DNA of 64,000 nucleotides from Nitrosopumilus sp. (GTDB lineage Archaea; Thermoproteota; Nitrososphaeria; Nitrososphaerales; Nitrosopumilaceae): NCBI GenBank assembly GCA_965205675.1, contig OZ242186.1, positions 992,001 to 1,056,000 of the forward strand, read 5' to 3'. Shown piece by piece: positions 53,771 to 64,000 of this stretch (position 1 is its first letter; each line of letters starts with the position of its first letter). The notes under the pieces were generated by a model. It saw only the letters and a program-made list of their open reading frames with translations, ran no database searches and was not told where the DNA came from. The position numbers and the translations under genes were made by a program.

Positions 53771-55372
53771 TTATTTTTTAGAGGCGGCTTTGATAAATGC
53801 TAAAAAAGATTCTTCAGGATATCCGGGCCTGCTGTTGAATTCTGGGTGGAATTGTACTCCTAGATAGAATTTATGGGATGGAATTTCCAATATCTCCATT
53901 CTCTTTCCATTATCACTGTCTGCTGAAAATATCAATCCGTTCTTTTTAAATTCTTGAATGTATTCTTGGTTGATTTCATATCTATGCCTATGACGTTTAC
54001 TGATTGTTAATGCATTGTAAATTTTCTTAGCATTTGTGTTTTCCTTAATTACAACATCATTTGCTCCTAATCTAAGTGAACCGCCTATATCTGAAATGTT
54101 TTTTTGTTCTGGGAGCAGATCAACAATTGGATTTTCTATATTCTCTTTAATTTCTGTAGAGTTTGCATCTTCTAGATTTAATACATTTCGTCCAAATGCA
54201 ATTGCAGCTAGTTGGAATCCAAAACATATTCCTAGATATGGTATATTTTTCTCTCTTGCATAATTTGCAGTTTGTATAATTCCTTCTGATCCTCTAGTCC
54301 CAAATCCTCCGGGTACTAAAATCCCATCGTATTTTGAGAGAGTGTTATGATCTGTAATTGATTCTGAATCTATCCAGTCTATATCTACTGATTTATTTAT
54401 TTTTGCACCTGCATGCTTTAACGCATGATTCACACTTACATAACTATCAGGCAATTTAACATATTTTCCAACCATTGCAATTTTGATTTTGTCATTTTCA
54501 TGATTTGTCATGTTTTGAGCAATATCGTTCCATTTGTCCCAATTAGATGATGCATTAACCATCCCCACTTTTCCAAATTTTGTAAATATTGAATCCATAA
54601 TTCCTTGATCGTATAACATCAGAGGTACTTCAAAAATGGATTTTGCATCATGGCATGATAAAACATCTTTGAGTGGGACATTTGTAAACATTGCAATTTT
54701 CTTTTTTGTTTTTTCTTCTAATGGCAATGTACATCTGACTGCCAAAAAATCCGGCTGAATACCAATTCGTCTTAGTTCTTGAACACTGTGTTGTGTTGGC
54801 TTTGTTTTTTGCTCTCCTACCACGTCTAATGATGGTGCTAGTGTAACATGAACAAAAATTACATTTTGCGGCCCTCCTTCAACCCTCATCTGTCTGAGTG
54901 CTTCTAAGAATGGCAATGATTCTATATCTCCAACTGTTCCGCCACATTCTACAATTAAAAAATCTAATTTTTCATTTTCTGCTATTTTGATAATTCTATT
55001 TTTGATCTCATCTGTCACATGAGGTATAATCTGAACACATGCTCCCAAATATTCGCCCTTTCTTTCTGATTCTATTACAGAAGAATAGACCTGTGCTGTT
55101 GTGATGTTGTGGCTTTTAGAAATATTTTGATTCAAAAATCTTTCATAATTTCCAATATCCATATCGCATTCTCCTCCATCGTCTGTGACAAATACTTCTC
55201 CATGCGCTACAGGATTCATAGTGCCTGCATCATAGTTGAGGTATGGATCTATTTTGATACAAGATACTTTTTGATCTGCTAGTTGTAGTAATTTTGCAAT
55301 TGAGGAAGTAGTCACGCCTTTTCCAAGACCAGACATCACACCACCTGTGACAAAAATAAACTTCGTCTGCAC
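53771..55372 (-). CDS. pyrG: CTP synthase
   Basis: GGVMSGLGKG, KTKPTQ, GICFGFQ, RHRHRYE, QFHPEF. Confidence 0.98.
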   Translation of the reverse strand: MQTKFIFVTGGVMSGLGKGVTTSSIAKLLQLADQKVSCIKIDPYLNYDAGTMNPVAHGEVFVTDDGGECDMDIGNYERFLNQNISKSHNITTAQVYSSVIESERKGEYLGACVQIIPHVTDEIKNRIIKIAENEKLDFLIVECGGTVGDIESLPFLEALRQMRVEGGPQNVIFVHVTLAPSLDVVGEQKTKPTQHSVQELRRIGIQPDFLAVRCTLPLEEKTKKKIAMFTNVPLKDVLSCHDAKSIFEVPLMLYDQGIMDSIFTKFGKVGMVNASSNWDKWNDIAQNMTNHENDKIKIAMVGKYVKLPDSYVSVNHALKHAGAKINKSVDIDWIDSESITDHNTLSKYDGILVPGGFGTRGSEGIIQTANYAREKNIPYLGICFGFQLAAIAFGRNVLNLEDANSTEIKENIENPIVDLLPEQKNISDIGGSLRLGANDVVIKENTNAKKIYNALTISKRHRHRYEINQEYIQEFKKNGLIFSADSDNGKRMEILEIPSHKFYLGVQFHPEFNSRPGYPEESFLAFIKAASKK

Positions 55373-55452
55373 ATTAAACTAACGTGTATCTAGTTTTTGT
55401 ATGTTTTGCAGATCCTGATTAGTTGAAATACTAGATATTATTTTGTATTGAT

Positions 55453-56283
55453 GTGAAGATGTCTTTATTTGTTCTGTCTTTGTTAGTTATGTTTGCTATT
55501 AGTCTGACTAATTTAGCTTTTGCTGAAACATATGAAATTAAAATACCCTCTGGTGCATCTAACCCTAGCGCCCCTTTCTTTTGGTCTGAAGAATCTACAG
55601 GCATCACAACAGGTGAAATTACTGTTTTTCCTGGTGATTCTGTTAAATGGAGTAATGCAGATACTTCATTTCATACAATTACATCTGTTTCAGCAGAAAG
55701 TATTGAAACAAGGGAATTCAAAGTAGATGGCGTATTTGATAGTGGGTTTTTTACTGCGGGCAAATCCCATACTCAAAAATTCAATGAATTGGGAGATTTT
55801 TATTATTTTTGTAGTATTCACCCATTCATGAATGGTGTTGTACATGTGGTAGAAGATTCTGATATGGTACAGTACATTGATAATGTGGGTTCTGAATTTA
55901 ATGAAGATGGCTTGGGCTTTAAAGTCAAATATATTCTTGATACAAATTTACAAAAAACAGTTTATGTAAATCCTGATGATAAGAGCATTACTTTTGTAAT
56001 TTCAGATACTAGTGAAAATGAACAAATTACATTTGTATTGCCTTTGGAATTAATTGAAGATCCAAATATTGTCTTAATTGATGGAGTTGTGACCGAATTT
56101 GAATCTGAAGATACTTCTTCTGGAACTAAATTGATAATTCCTATCCATGCAGATTCTAAAGAAATTAAAATTATGGGCAGTAAAGTGATTCCTGAATTTG
56201 GATTTTTAGTCGTTAGTATATTGAGTGTCAGTATTATGTATGTGTTATTTTTGACTCGTTCTAAACTTGCAATGTTTAGATAG
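55453..56283 (+). CDS. Secreted cupredoxin with PEFG-CTERM anchor
   Basis: Signal peptide; HTIT...CSIHPFM type 1 copper ligands; IPEFG plus TM tail. Confidence 0.9.
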   Translation: MKMSLFVLSLLVMFAISLTNLAFAETYEIKIPSGASNPSAPFFWSEESTGITTGEITVFPGDSVKWSNADTSFHTITSVSAESIETREFKVDGVFDSGFFTAGKSHTQKFNELGDFYYFCSIHPFMNGVVHVVEDSDMVQYIDNVGSEFNEDGLGFKVKYILDTNLQKTVYVNPDDKSITFVISDTSENEQITFVLPLELIEDPNIVLIDGVVTEFESEDTSSGTKLIIPIHADSKEIKIMGSKVIPEFGFLVVSILSVSIMYVLFLTRSKLAMFR

Positions 56284-56464
56284 TATTCTTTACGATTGTA
56301 AATAATTTACCTTCATTTTAAACAAATTTTAGATTATGCTACCCTCTTTGTTTTATTCTTCTTAATGCATAATGTTATGATGACTTCTAGGTTGGCGGCC
56401 ATCTCTGAAACTAAATTTCACATCATGAGAATTTGTATACTTGACCGCCAATACTTGGACGATT

Positions 56465-57265
56465 TTACAGAATAGTTTGTTTTTTGAGACTTTTGGTAAA
56501 TGTGGCGATCTTCAATTCTAGTTGATTTTGAGGTGTCTTTTCTATTAATTTCAAATATGCACTTCCCACAATTACTGCATCGGCCCCTGCATTGATGTAT
56601 TTTTTTACATCTTCTGGTGTTGAGACTCCAAATCCTACTCCTATTGGAATTTTTCCGCGGGTTTGTCTCTTGACTTTTTTTATTGCATCTAGTGTGTATC
56701 TCTTAATCCCTATTTTTACCCCTGTTGTGCCAAAAACTGCTACAAGATACAAAAATCCTGATGATGCTTTTGATATTTTCTGAATCCTTGAATTATTGGT
56801 ATTTGGTGAAATTAGAAATATGGTATCTGCCTTGTTTTTAACGGCATCTAAATATTCTTTTGATTCCTCAATGGACATATCTGGTAGAATGAAACCATCA
56901 ATTCCCGCTTTTTTGGCCTCTAAGATAAATTTTGTATACCCTTTATGATAGAGAATGTTGGTATATGTCATTAGGATTAATGGTGTCTCTGTCTCTTTTC
57001 TGATTTTTTTTACAAGATTGAAAAATTTTGTAATTTTTGTTCCTTTCTTTAATGATATTGTACTTGCATTTTGAATTACAAGTCCGTCAGCTAGCGGATC
57101 TGAAAATGGAAATCCTAACTCTATGATATCTGCGCCTCCTTTTACTAATCCTCTTATTGTGGATATCGTCGCCTTTTCATTTGGAAATCCTGCCATGATA
57201 TATGATATCAAAGCCTTTTGATTTTTTGCTTTTAATTCTGCAAATTTTTCTCCAATTCTCGTCAT
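56465..57265 (-). CDS. trpA: Tryptophan synthase alpha subunit
   Basis: IELGFPFSDPLADG, MTYTN, GTTG, VGFGV, VIVGSA. Confidence 0.97.
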   Translation of the reverse strand: MTRIGEKFAELKAKNQKALISYIMAGFPNEKATISTIRGLVKGGADIIELGFPFSDPLADGLVIQNASTISLKKGTKITKFFNLVKKIRKETETPLILMTYTNILYHKGYTKFILEAKKAGIDGFILPDMSIEESKEYLDAVKNKADTIFLISPNTNNSRIQKISKASSGFLYLVAVFGTTGVKIGIKRYTLDAIKKVKRQTRGKIPIGVGFGVSTPEDVKKYINAGADAVIVGSAYLKLIEKTPQNQLELKIATFTKSLKKQTIL

Positions 57266-57339
57266 AATAGATACCATAAACAGTTACTTTATAATCTATA
57301 GCGAATTAGTCTTAAAACCCTACAATACATCAAAGATGA

Positions 57340-57850
57340 TATAGCGACGATCAAAAGTTCGTGAACATCTTTGCAGGATTTCTAAAGGTGTAATTTGCAA
57401 CATCAAGCTTGAATCTTGTCATTCTAAAATATTTTGACACTGCATCACTTATCGTAAACATTGCATGATATTCTGAAACCTGCAACGCATACTTGTTTAT
57501 CTTCCAACACAGTTCTATCATGTTCAAGTACGGTGAACCTTTTGGTAACCATATTAGTTTGACATATCTATTGTTTACAAGATATTCCTTGACCTTCTTT
57601 GATTTGTGAACTGGTGCCCTGTCTAGCATAATTGTAATCTTGCAATATTTCCAGTGCAACTCTTTTAGATATTCTACAAATCTTCCAGCATTGAATCTAC
57701 CATAGACTCTAAACAGCTGACTGTTATTTTCCGTAATTGTTTCCATACACTGCCAAGATTTCATGATTGCCTGGGTATGAAAGAAATATTCTCTTTGTAA
57801 CTAGAGATGAGGTATTTTTTTCCTGTCCTTGCATCTCTTAGAAAAAATGC
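57340..57850 (-). mobile_element. IS630 type A 3' fragment
   Basis: Right end TATAGCGACGATC; DRAPVH and SPYLNMIE; inner boundary approximate. Confidence 0.8.
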
Positions 57851-58279
57851 CTCACTGTACAAGTAAAATCTGGAATAAGATAGATCTCCATAGCCTGATA
57901 GAACCTGAAGCAGTCGTTTTTATATATCTCATAAAGGATGAATAAATACGAGTCCAAAACATGAGAAAATCACTGATGATCTCATCGAAAAATACTCTAT
58001 AAATTCTTAGATTATCTTGCTACGGATGATTAATTTCTAAAAAAATTAGAGTTTGCCAGATTCTATGCTAAATTCAATATATAGGAAAGTGTTACACGCC
58101 ATACTCTAGAAGATAATCTTGTTTTTCATTTCTTACACATTTGTATGACAAAGAATCTGCCAAGAAACGTAATCGTCTTGTTTTTCAAATATTCATTATC
58201 TGCATATCTCATTTTTTTAAAACCAAGTATTCCAAATTCTTGTGAAGATTAATATTTTCGGAGCATCGCAAGAAAACTG

Positions 58280-59647
58280 TTGACGAAGAGAGAAAGATTT
58301 CTCATTGTCGGGAGTGGAGGACGTGAAAGCGCTTTTGCAATGCGACTCATGCAAGACACTCAAGTTTATGCAGTTCTGGCACACAAAAACCCGCTCATTG
58401 TAGACTGTGTAGTCCAGTCAGGTGGAAAATATTTGGTTGCTGATGCTGATGATCCAAAAACAATTTTAAAATTTGCAAAAGAGAACAACATCGATTATAC
58501 TTTTGTGAGTGCCGACCAACCCTTGGCTAATGGAGTAATCGACATTTTATTAGAAAATAATTTCAAAGCAATTGGAGGTACAAAGGATGCAACACGCATA
58601 GAATGGGATAAGATATATTCCATCCAAATGATGCAAAAGGTATGTCCTGAATTTACTCCATTTTATAAAATAATATCAAAGATTGAAGAATTACAAGATG
58701 CCATAAAATCATTTGAGACCAAAGGATTAGAAATAGTAGTAAAACCCCAAGGATTAACGGGGGGCAAGGGTGTAAAGATAATGCCGGAACATCTCTTGAC
58801 ATATCAGGATTGTGCATATTATGCATCTTCTCTTCTTGAGAAAAATCCTGATGAAAAAGTATTACTCGTAGAAAAATTAAATGGGATAGAATTTACAATT
58901 ATGGGAATTACTGACGGGCAACATCTCGTAGTATCTCCTGCAAGCTATGATTATCCATTTAGACATGAGGGAGATTGTGGTGCGGGAACTGGCGGTATGG
59001 GTTGTTTTACCAATTCAGAAAAGAAACTGCCATTTATGAGTGACAAAGACTGGGATGACTCTACGCATATAATGCAAAAAATACTTGACGAGATGAAATC
59101 CAAAAATCTGTTTTTCAACGGCGTGTTAAATGGAGGATTTTTCAAAACCAAACATGGCATAAAATTTATGGAATTTAATGGACGTTTTGGAGATCCTGAA
59201 GGGTTAAGCATTCTCAGCATTCTTGAAGGATCCTTTTCAGAATTACTCATACATATTTGGAACAAGACATTATCAGAAGATGTGGTTTCATTTGTGAAAA
59301 AGGCAAACGTTGTAAAATATCTGGTGGCAAAAGAATATCCTAAGCAAAGTGAGAGTGCAACATCTTTTAGTATTGATGAGGATGCAATGATTGCAAAGGG
59401 AATAAAAATATTTTTTGCCTCGTGTATCAAAACTGGAATACACCAATATGAAACTCTAAAAAAATCCAGAGTTTGTGCATTTGGTACTGTTTCAGATAAC
59501 ATCGAAACAGCATCATTAATCATAAACAATGCAATTAATTCTCATGTCACATATACCCAAGAACACAAGCTAGAGTACAGATCAGATATTGGTTCTCAAA
59601 AGAGCTTGGAGAAATTAAAAGCAATATCTAGTCAGATGTCTAGGTGA
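58280..59647 (+). CDS. purD: Phosphoribosylamine--glycine ligase
   Basis: VGSGGRE, GLTGGKGV, GTGGMG, EFNGRFGDPE. Confidence 0.88.
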   Translation: MTKRERFLIVGSGGRESAFAMRLMQDTQVYAVLAHKNPLIVDCVVQSGGKYLVADADDPKTILKFAKENNIDYTFVSADQPLANGVIDILLENNFKAIGGTKDATRIEWDKIYSIQMMQKVCPEFTPFYKIISKIEELQDAIKSFETKGLEIVVKPQGLTGGKGVKIMPEHLLTYQDCAYYASSLLEKNPDEKVLLVEKLNGIEFTIMGITDGQHLVVSPASYDYPFRHEGDCGAGTGGMGCFTNSEKKLPFMSDKDWDDSTHIMQKILDEMKSKNLFFNGVLNGGFFKTKHGIKFMEFNGRFGDPEGLSILSILEGSFSELLIHIWNKTLSEDVVSFVKKANVVKYLVAKEYPKQSESATSFSIDEDAMIAKGIKIFFASCIKTGIHQYETLKKSRVCAFGTVSDNIETASLIINNAINSHVTYTQEHKLEYRSDIGSQKSLEKLKAISSQMSR

Positions 59648-59755
59648 GAATTTTAATTAGCTCAATTAATTTACATGTGTTTCTTGTTTGATTTGCTATA
59701 GTATTTCACAAACTATTTTCTTAAATTTATACAACAGAACCCAAAACAAACCATT

Positions 59756-60872
59756 TATACCCCAGATCATAAGTCTTTTCAATTTATTGTTCTTGCAAAA
59801 TAATACATATTCAAATTGAATTTGTGCGTTCTAAAATATTCCATAACTGTATACCTCATTTCATGAATAGATTCATAAAATTCTGATTCAACATTAACAT
59901 GTTTGCACTGTCTCCAAATCTCTTCAATCATACTCAAATGTGGAGCCACACCAATCATACTCAAATGTGGAGAACCTCTCAGAAGATATGCCAGTTTGAC
60001 ATCTTTGTTTTTGTGCAGATATTTTTTTACATCATTAGCTTTGTGTTGTGGTGCCCTATCGACGATAACAAATATTTTTCCAAATTTTCTACGAGCTGCT
60101 TCCAGATAATCTATAAATGCAATTGAGTTAAATTTTTCATACGATCTAAAATTTTTTGATTATCATCATTTCCATAAACCAAAAATCTTTGATGTGATCC
60201 TCTCCAACGTACAATTAATCTTTGGTGTGCATCTGTCCAGTATTTTTTGCCAAGACGTACATCGTCTACAAATACTGATTCGTCTTGGATAAATACTGTA
60301 AAACCTTTCTTTTTTGCCTTTTCTATGCGTGAAATGATGCGGTTTTTCCACTTGCGGCATGTATCCTTGGATGCCGCTCGCACATGTACCTTTTGTGGAA
60401 CCTTTGGTTTTAGATTCCATTTGTGCATCAAAGGACGCACGTGAGTGATATGATATGTAATGCGTGTTCTGTAAAATATGAATTGTATCAGTTTCTTTGG
60501 AGTCATGCCGTCTGAAATTTTCTTAAATGCACGCTCTATTTTTTGTAATGCTTTATGTGAGATTAATGGCGGACGGCCAGAACGAGGGAGATCCTCCAGG
60601 CCCTCCAATCCGTATTTTTCAAATGAATCAAGCCAATTCCTTACAGAATTGTAGGTACAAAACATTTGGTTGGCAGTTTCAGCAATTGTGGATTCGTTGA
60701 TCTTAATTATACACATTGCATGTAATCTTGTTTTTTTGTGAATATTTTTTTCTTTTTTGTAGGCCTGGAGTAACTCGTCATTTGTGATGTCCATGAAATT
60801 ATTTCTAACTACTGATCAAAAAGTATTGCTATTTGTTTTGAAAAATTGCAAAGAATTATGCTCCGAGGTATA
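59756..60872 (-). mobile_element. IS630 type B element, second copy
   Basis: Same IRs as 51123-52216; short internal duplication near 59925-59972. Confidence 0.9.
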
Positions 60873-61101
60873 TGAGCAGGATCAACACTACATCAATGGT
60901 TTTGAACCTCAGTTTGAAATTGGTGAAGATGTAATTGTGCATATAGCTAAGGACAATCAAGGTCCAGATGGTCCAGATGGCAATAACTACTTTGTAGAAT
61001 TAGGAATGTTTGGCAAGTACAAAGTTATTGAAGAAAAAGCATACAACAAAAAACACCCCACTGGCAAGTCATTAAATGAGACATTTAATGAGGCCAAATA
61101 A
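60873..61101 (+). pseudogene. C-terminal remnant of a protein resembling 45709-46407
   Basis: PQFEIGEDVIVHIAK..YFVELGMFGKYKV versus QTYNIGDKHFYLIEK..YIINGFSSRYDI; the ORF-track N-terminus is IS DNA. Confidence 0.45.
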
Positions 61102-61563
61102 CCTCTTTTTTTATCATAACAAAATCTTTGAAGGATTCATCCAAAATAACTTCTCTTTGAAATCATCCATAACACACCAAATTTCTAATCATAGTACAAT
61201 GAAAGACCAAGATATCATGACAGTGCCAGAGCAGATAAAAAAACTCATAGAGTGTGGTATGCCACAAATACTGTCAATCAGACTGACATGCAAATACATT
61301 ACAACATGAGAGAAGAGCAAAGGGGGCAACCACACCAAGTGGTAATTCCAGAGATTAATGAGATGTCAAGACTGATCACATTCTAGCCTGACATTCAAAA
61401 ACAAATAGAAAAGATCAAGGGTTTCTCAAAATTAATTTATCAAAATTAAATTTGATGTGCAAGGAAAATGCAGAGTAAGGGATGAACTGATTTTGGGATA
61501 CAACAAGGAGAACCTTCATTAATAATGTTTATATTGAAATAATTTTTGAGATTTGATAATAAT

Positions 61564-62508
61564 ATGAATTATACAAAATATACGATATCACTCTTAGCGT
61601 TAATATTATTAATTCCTGCTGGAACTAGTAATACCTTTGCACAAAGCGAACCCGGTGAAGAAGACTTTACAAATGATATAGGACCAGTTGGTAATGTAGA
61701 TTCTGTTTATTTGGAAGTTCTCAAACAATCTGATGATTTCCAAAATTTTAATTCTACTCAACAACAGCAATATGTGATAAAGTTTATCGAATCAAGAGAT
61801 AATCTTTCACCATATGATCAAGCTGTAAATGATGGACTTGAAGTTTTAAGCGATACAATACTTGCTTTACATAAAGCAAAAGCACTTGGTGAAAATACTG
61901 TTGAAGAAACTAAATTTCTACATTCTGCAATCTTTGACCTCGAACTCTTAGGAGTTGTGTCTAAAGATAGATTAGATCAAAATAAAGAATATTGGTCTGA
62001 TAGAGTAACAGAGGCAACTAGACAACTTGAAGATAACGAAACAAACAAAGTCTCTTATCTTGACAAGTTATCAAACACATACAAAATACATACAGATGAT
62101 GTAAGTTTAAAAAATCAATCTGAGATTTTTTATCCATGTATTCAGGATTTGATATTTCTCCATATTCCTCTATACTGTTCTGAAAAAAGTATAGTCTGGG
62201 GTGGTGATACTATATCATATGCTAATGTCACATTCGTACCTTTGTCTTTTCTATCTGAACATTTGGGAAAGATTTGTTTGAATGAAAGTGTTGCACATAG
62301 TACTGTCAACTTTGCTTTTGATGTAGATTTTGAGCAGGAAAATGTTTTAGGTCAAGAAACATGGTCTTATTCAAAATCTTATGACACTTCCTTATCTGGT
62401 AGTACAGCAGGTTTTTGTGCACAAGATTCTAAAATTACTGGCATTAATGCTGGTAGTTCCGCAAGTACTACTACACACCTAGAATCATTAATAACGGTTA
62501 GTGGTTAA
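61564..62508 (+). CDS. Secreted PGEE-GPVG-leader family protein (member D), intact
   Basis: Signal peptide to TFA, QSEPGEEDFTNDIGPVGNVD, helical linker, four-Cys C-terminal domain. Confidence 0.85.
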   Translation: MNYTKYTISLLALILLIPAGTSNTFAQSEPGEEDFTNDIGPVGNVDSVYLEVLKQSDDFQNFNSTQQQQYVIKFIESRDNLSPYDQAVNDGLEVLSDTILALHKAKALGENTVEETKFLHSAIFDLELLGVVSKDRLDQNKEYWSDRVTEATRQLEDNETNKVSYLDKLSNTYKIHTDDVSLKNQSEIFYPCIQDLIFLHIPLYCSEKSIVWGGDTISYANVTFVPLSFLSEHLGKICLNESVAHSTVNFAFDVDFEQENVLGQETWSYSKSYDTSLSGSTAGFCAQDSKITGINAGSSASTTTHLESLITVSG

Positions 62509-62523
62509 CCCTTCTTTTTTATT

Positions 62524-62751
62524 TTGTTAAAAATTTTAATTTGTATCAGTTTGTTGGTGCTATGCAATCAATCTGCTTTTGCAGAACTAGAATTTGTTTA
62601 TGATTGCAATCGTGATATTGATTTTTTGTATTGGAACTCTGATTTACAAAGATGTGATATAAGATATAATTCTGTATCTTTTGTATTTTTTAGCATATTG
62701 TTATCTATATCCATAGTTATTGTTTTTGTTATAAAACGTAGAAATTCGTAA
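62524..62751 (+). CDS. Small membrane-anchored protein, candidate partner of member D
   Basis: Signal/TM, two-Cys loop, C-terminal TM plus KRR; 15 nt after the upstream stop. Confidence 0.68.
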   Translation: MLKILICISLLVLCNQSAFAELEFVYDCNRDIDFLYWNSDLQRCDIRYNSVSFVFFSILLSISIVIVFVIKRRNS

Positions 62752-62836
62752 GATTCTCCCATACGAAATCATCTCCAATCCCTGCTTTGCTGTTGAATAG
62801 TTTTTATTTTTGTAAATCATTATGCCCAAGTCTCAA

Positions 62837-63682
62837 TTAATTAGCAGGTATTTTGTTTTGTTGCTGTAGTTTTAATTTTTCAGATTCATGTTTCAAACAT
62901 AATTCTGCAAATGCAACATCATCAAAATGAATGTCCTTTAATGAATTCTTTTTAGATATCTTTGGGTATTCACTATATTTTCTACGGTTGATTATTCTGC
63001 CTCCCGATTTTGGCCTAAAGCCACCCCATTGTTTGAAAAATACTGGAACGTTTTGATTTTTACATTGTTCAATGATATCCAATATCCATTCTTTTTCAAC
63101 AGTACGATAATGATGACCACTTTCGCCACCAATAATGGCCCAATCGATTCCTTTGAGATTTACTTTTCCCACAGGACCTATCAAAGGTTCAAAGCTTATG
63201 AAGCGAGTATTACATTTGACTTTTTTTAATTCATTAATTCTGGATATGTAATCATGGTTTTCAACACTTACACCCATCCACATAAAGTTAGGAATTTTGT
63301 GACCAAAATATTTGAAAAATAAGTTAGAAAACTCAGCCATACGTTTAGGTCGTTTTGTAAGAATTTGATAATCATGTTGATCGGCTTGAATCATTGTTGC
63401 AAAACATTTTCCAGTAAACTCAAACGAAGAATTTTCATGGAACAAGTCCGACATACTATTTACAAATATTTTACGAGGTTTTTTCCAGGTTAATGGTAGA
63501 TTGACATCAGAAGGGTGTTCAACATATTGAAAGCCTTTTTTGTATTTTTGTTGCCCCATAGCTTTGAGTCTTTTAGTTAATGTTTCAGCATAGCAGTTTT
63601 TACATCTAGGAGAAATTTTACTACATCCACTAGTGGGATTCCAAGTAGCTTCTGTCCATTCAATATCTGAACCAACAGCCAT
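62837..63682 (-). CDS. DUF5131 / phage Gp37-Gp68 family radical-SAM-like protein
   Basis: IEWTEATWNP, GCSKISPRCKNCYA, FVNSMSDLFH, IIGGESG, FFKQWGG. Confidence 0.92.
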   Translation of the reverse strand: MAVGSDIEWTEATWNPTSGCSKISPRCKNCYAETLTKRLKAMGQQKYKKGFQYVEHPSDVNLPLTWKKPRKIFVNSMSDLFHENSSFEFTGKCFATMIQADQHDYQILTKRPKRMAEFSNLFFKYFGHKIPNFMWMGVSVENHDYISRINELKKVKCNTRFISFEPLIGPVGKVNLKGIDWAIIGGESGHHYRTVEKEWILDIIEQCKNQNVPVFFKQWGGFRPKSGGRIINRRKYSEYPKISKKNSLKDIHFDDVAFAELCLKHESEKLKLQQQNKIPAN

Positions 63683-63718
63683 ATTTTTTCTACAATTTGT
63701 TGAAGTTTAAATGTTTAA

Positions 63719-64000
63719 ACACATGAATCAGCAATTGACGGGTTATATGGAACGGATACATGGAGAGGAGCTAGAGACATCAAATCAACAGATGAACGAT
63801 TGAATTTTTTGCTTGATCTGTATGTGGAACAATTACATTCAAACGGTGTTCATTTTGTAAGACCATTTACCATGATGGATTCAAGTAGAAGAACAATCTA
63901 TGATTTGGTCTTTGCCACAAAACACCACAAAGGCATGGATGCCATGAAAAAAGCAATGTTGAAAGTAGTAGGGAATGGAACGTATACATTTTCAGATAAA
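63719..64000 (+). pseudogene. tcmP: 5'-truncated TcmP-like (three-Cys-motif partner) gene fragment
   Basis: LYGTDTW...IYDLVFATKHHKGMDAMKKAM; in-frame TAA at 63716 and no N-terminal half; adjacent to DUF5131. Confidence 0.65.

Noticed and set aside
56392-56450. TTGGCGG...CCGCCAA inverted repeat as an ncRNA
   Set aside because: Short stem, single copy, between convergent genes; no further support
60784-61101. 105-aa ORF as an intact gene
   Set aside because: Its first 30 codons come from the IS630 left end
1-64000. tRNA, rRNA, reverse transcriptase/DGR or provirus
   Set aside because: No such sequences or hallmark genes recognised by eye; tRNAscan-SE or Infernal would be needed to exclude small RNAs

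Overview
Low-GC archaeal DNA whose housekeeping genes (trpEGDCB plus a displaced trpA, gap, thrC, purK/purE/purD, ilvA, pyrG, NAD kinase, PEFG-CTERM cupredoxin) look like those of a Nitrosopumilus-type thaumarchaeote. The window is heavily invaded by insertion sequences: four single-ORF IS66 copies, IS110/IS1111, IS5 (ISL2-like), IS3, three IS630 types, IS481 fragments and two MITE families, with many nested insertions and pseudogenes. Best candidate for an undescribed system: a dispersed family of four secreted pre-pro-proteins sharing a motif right after the signal peptide (A|Q-x1-2-PGE[E/D]-x3-4-[E/D][I/V]G[P/A]VG-x-x-D), an acidic Cys-free linker and variable four-cysteine C-terminal domains. 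Each locus with an intact 3' end is followed immediately by an unrelated small membrane protein, as in polymorphic effector/immunity systems, and a metzincin/TIMP-like pair lies next to the main cluster. Second highlight: two IS110 elements with bridge-RNA-like 3' ends, one inserted into the left end of the other at a site its predicted target guides match. All family assignments and alignments were made by eye, with no database search.
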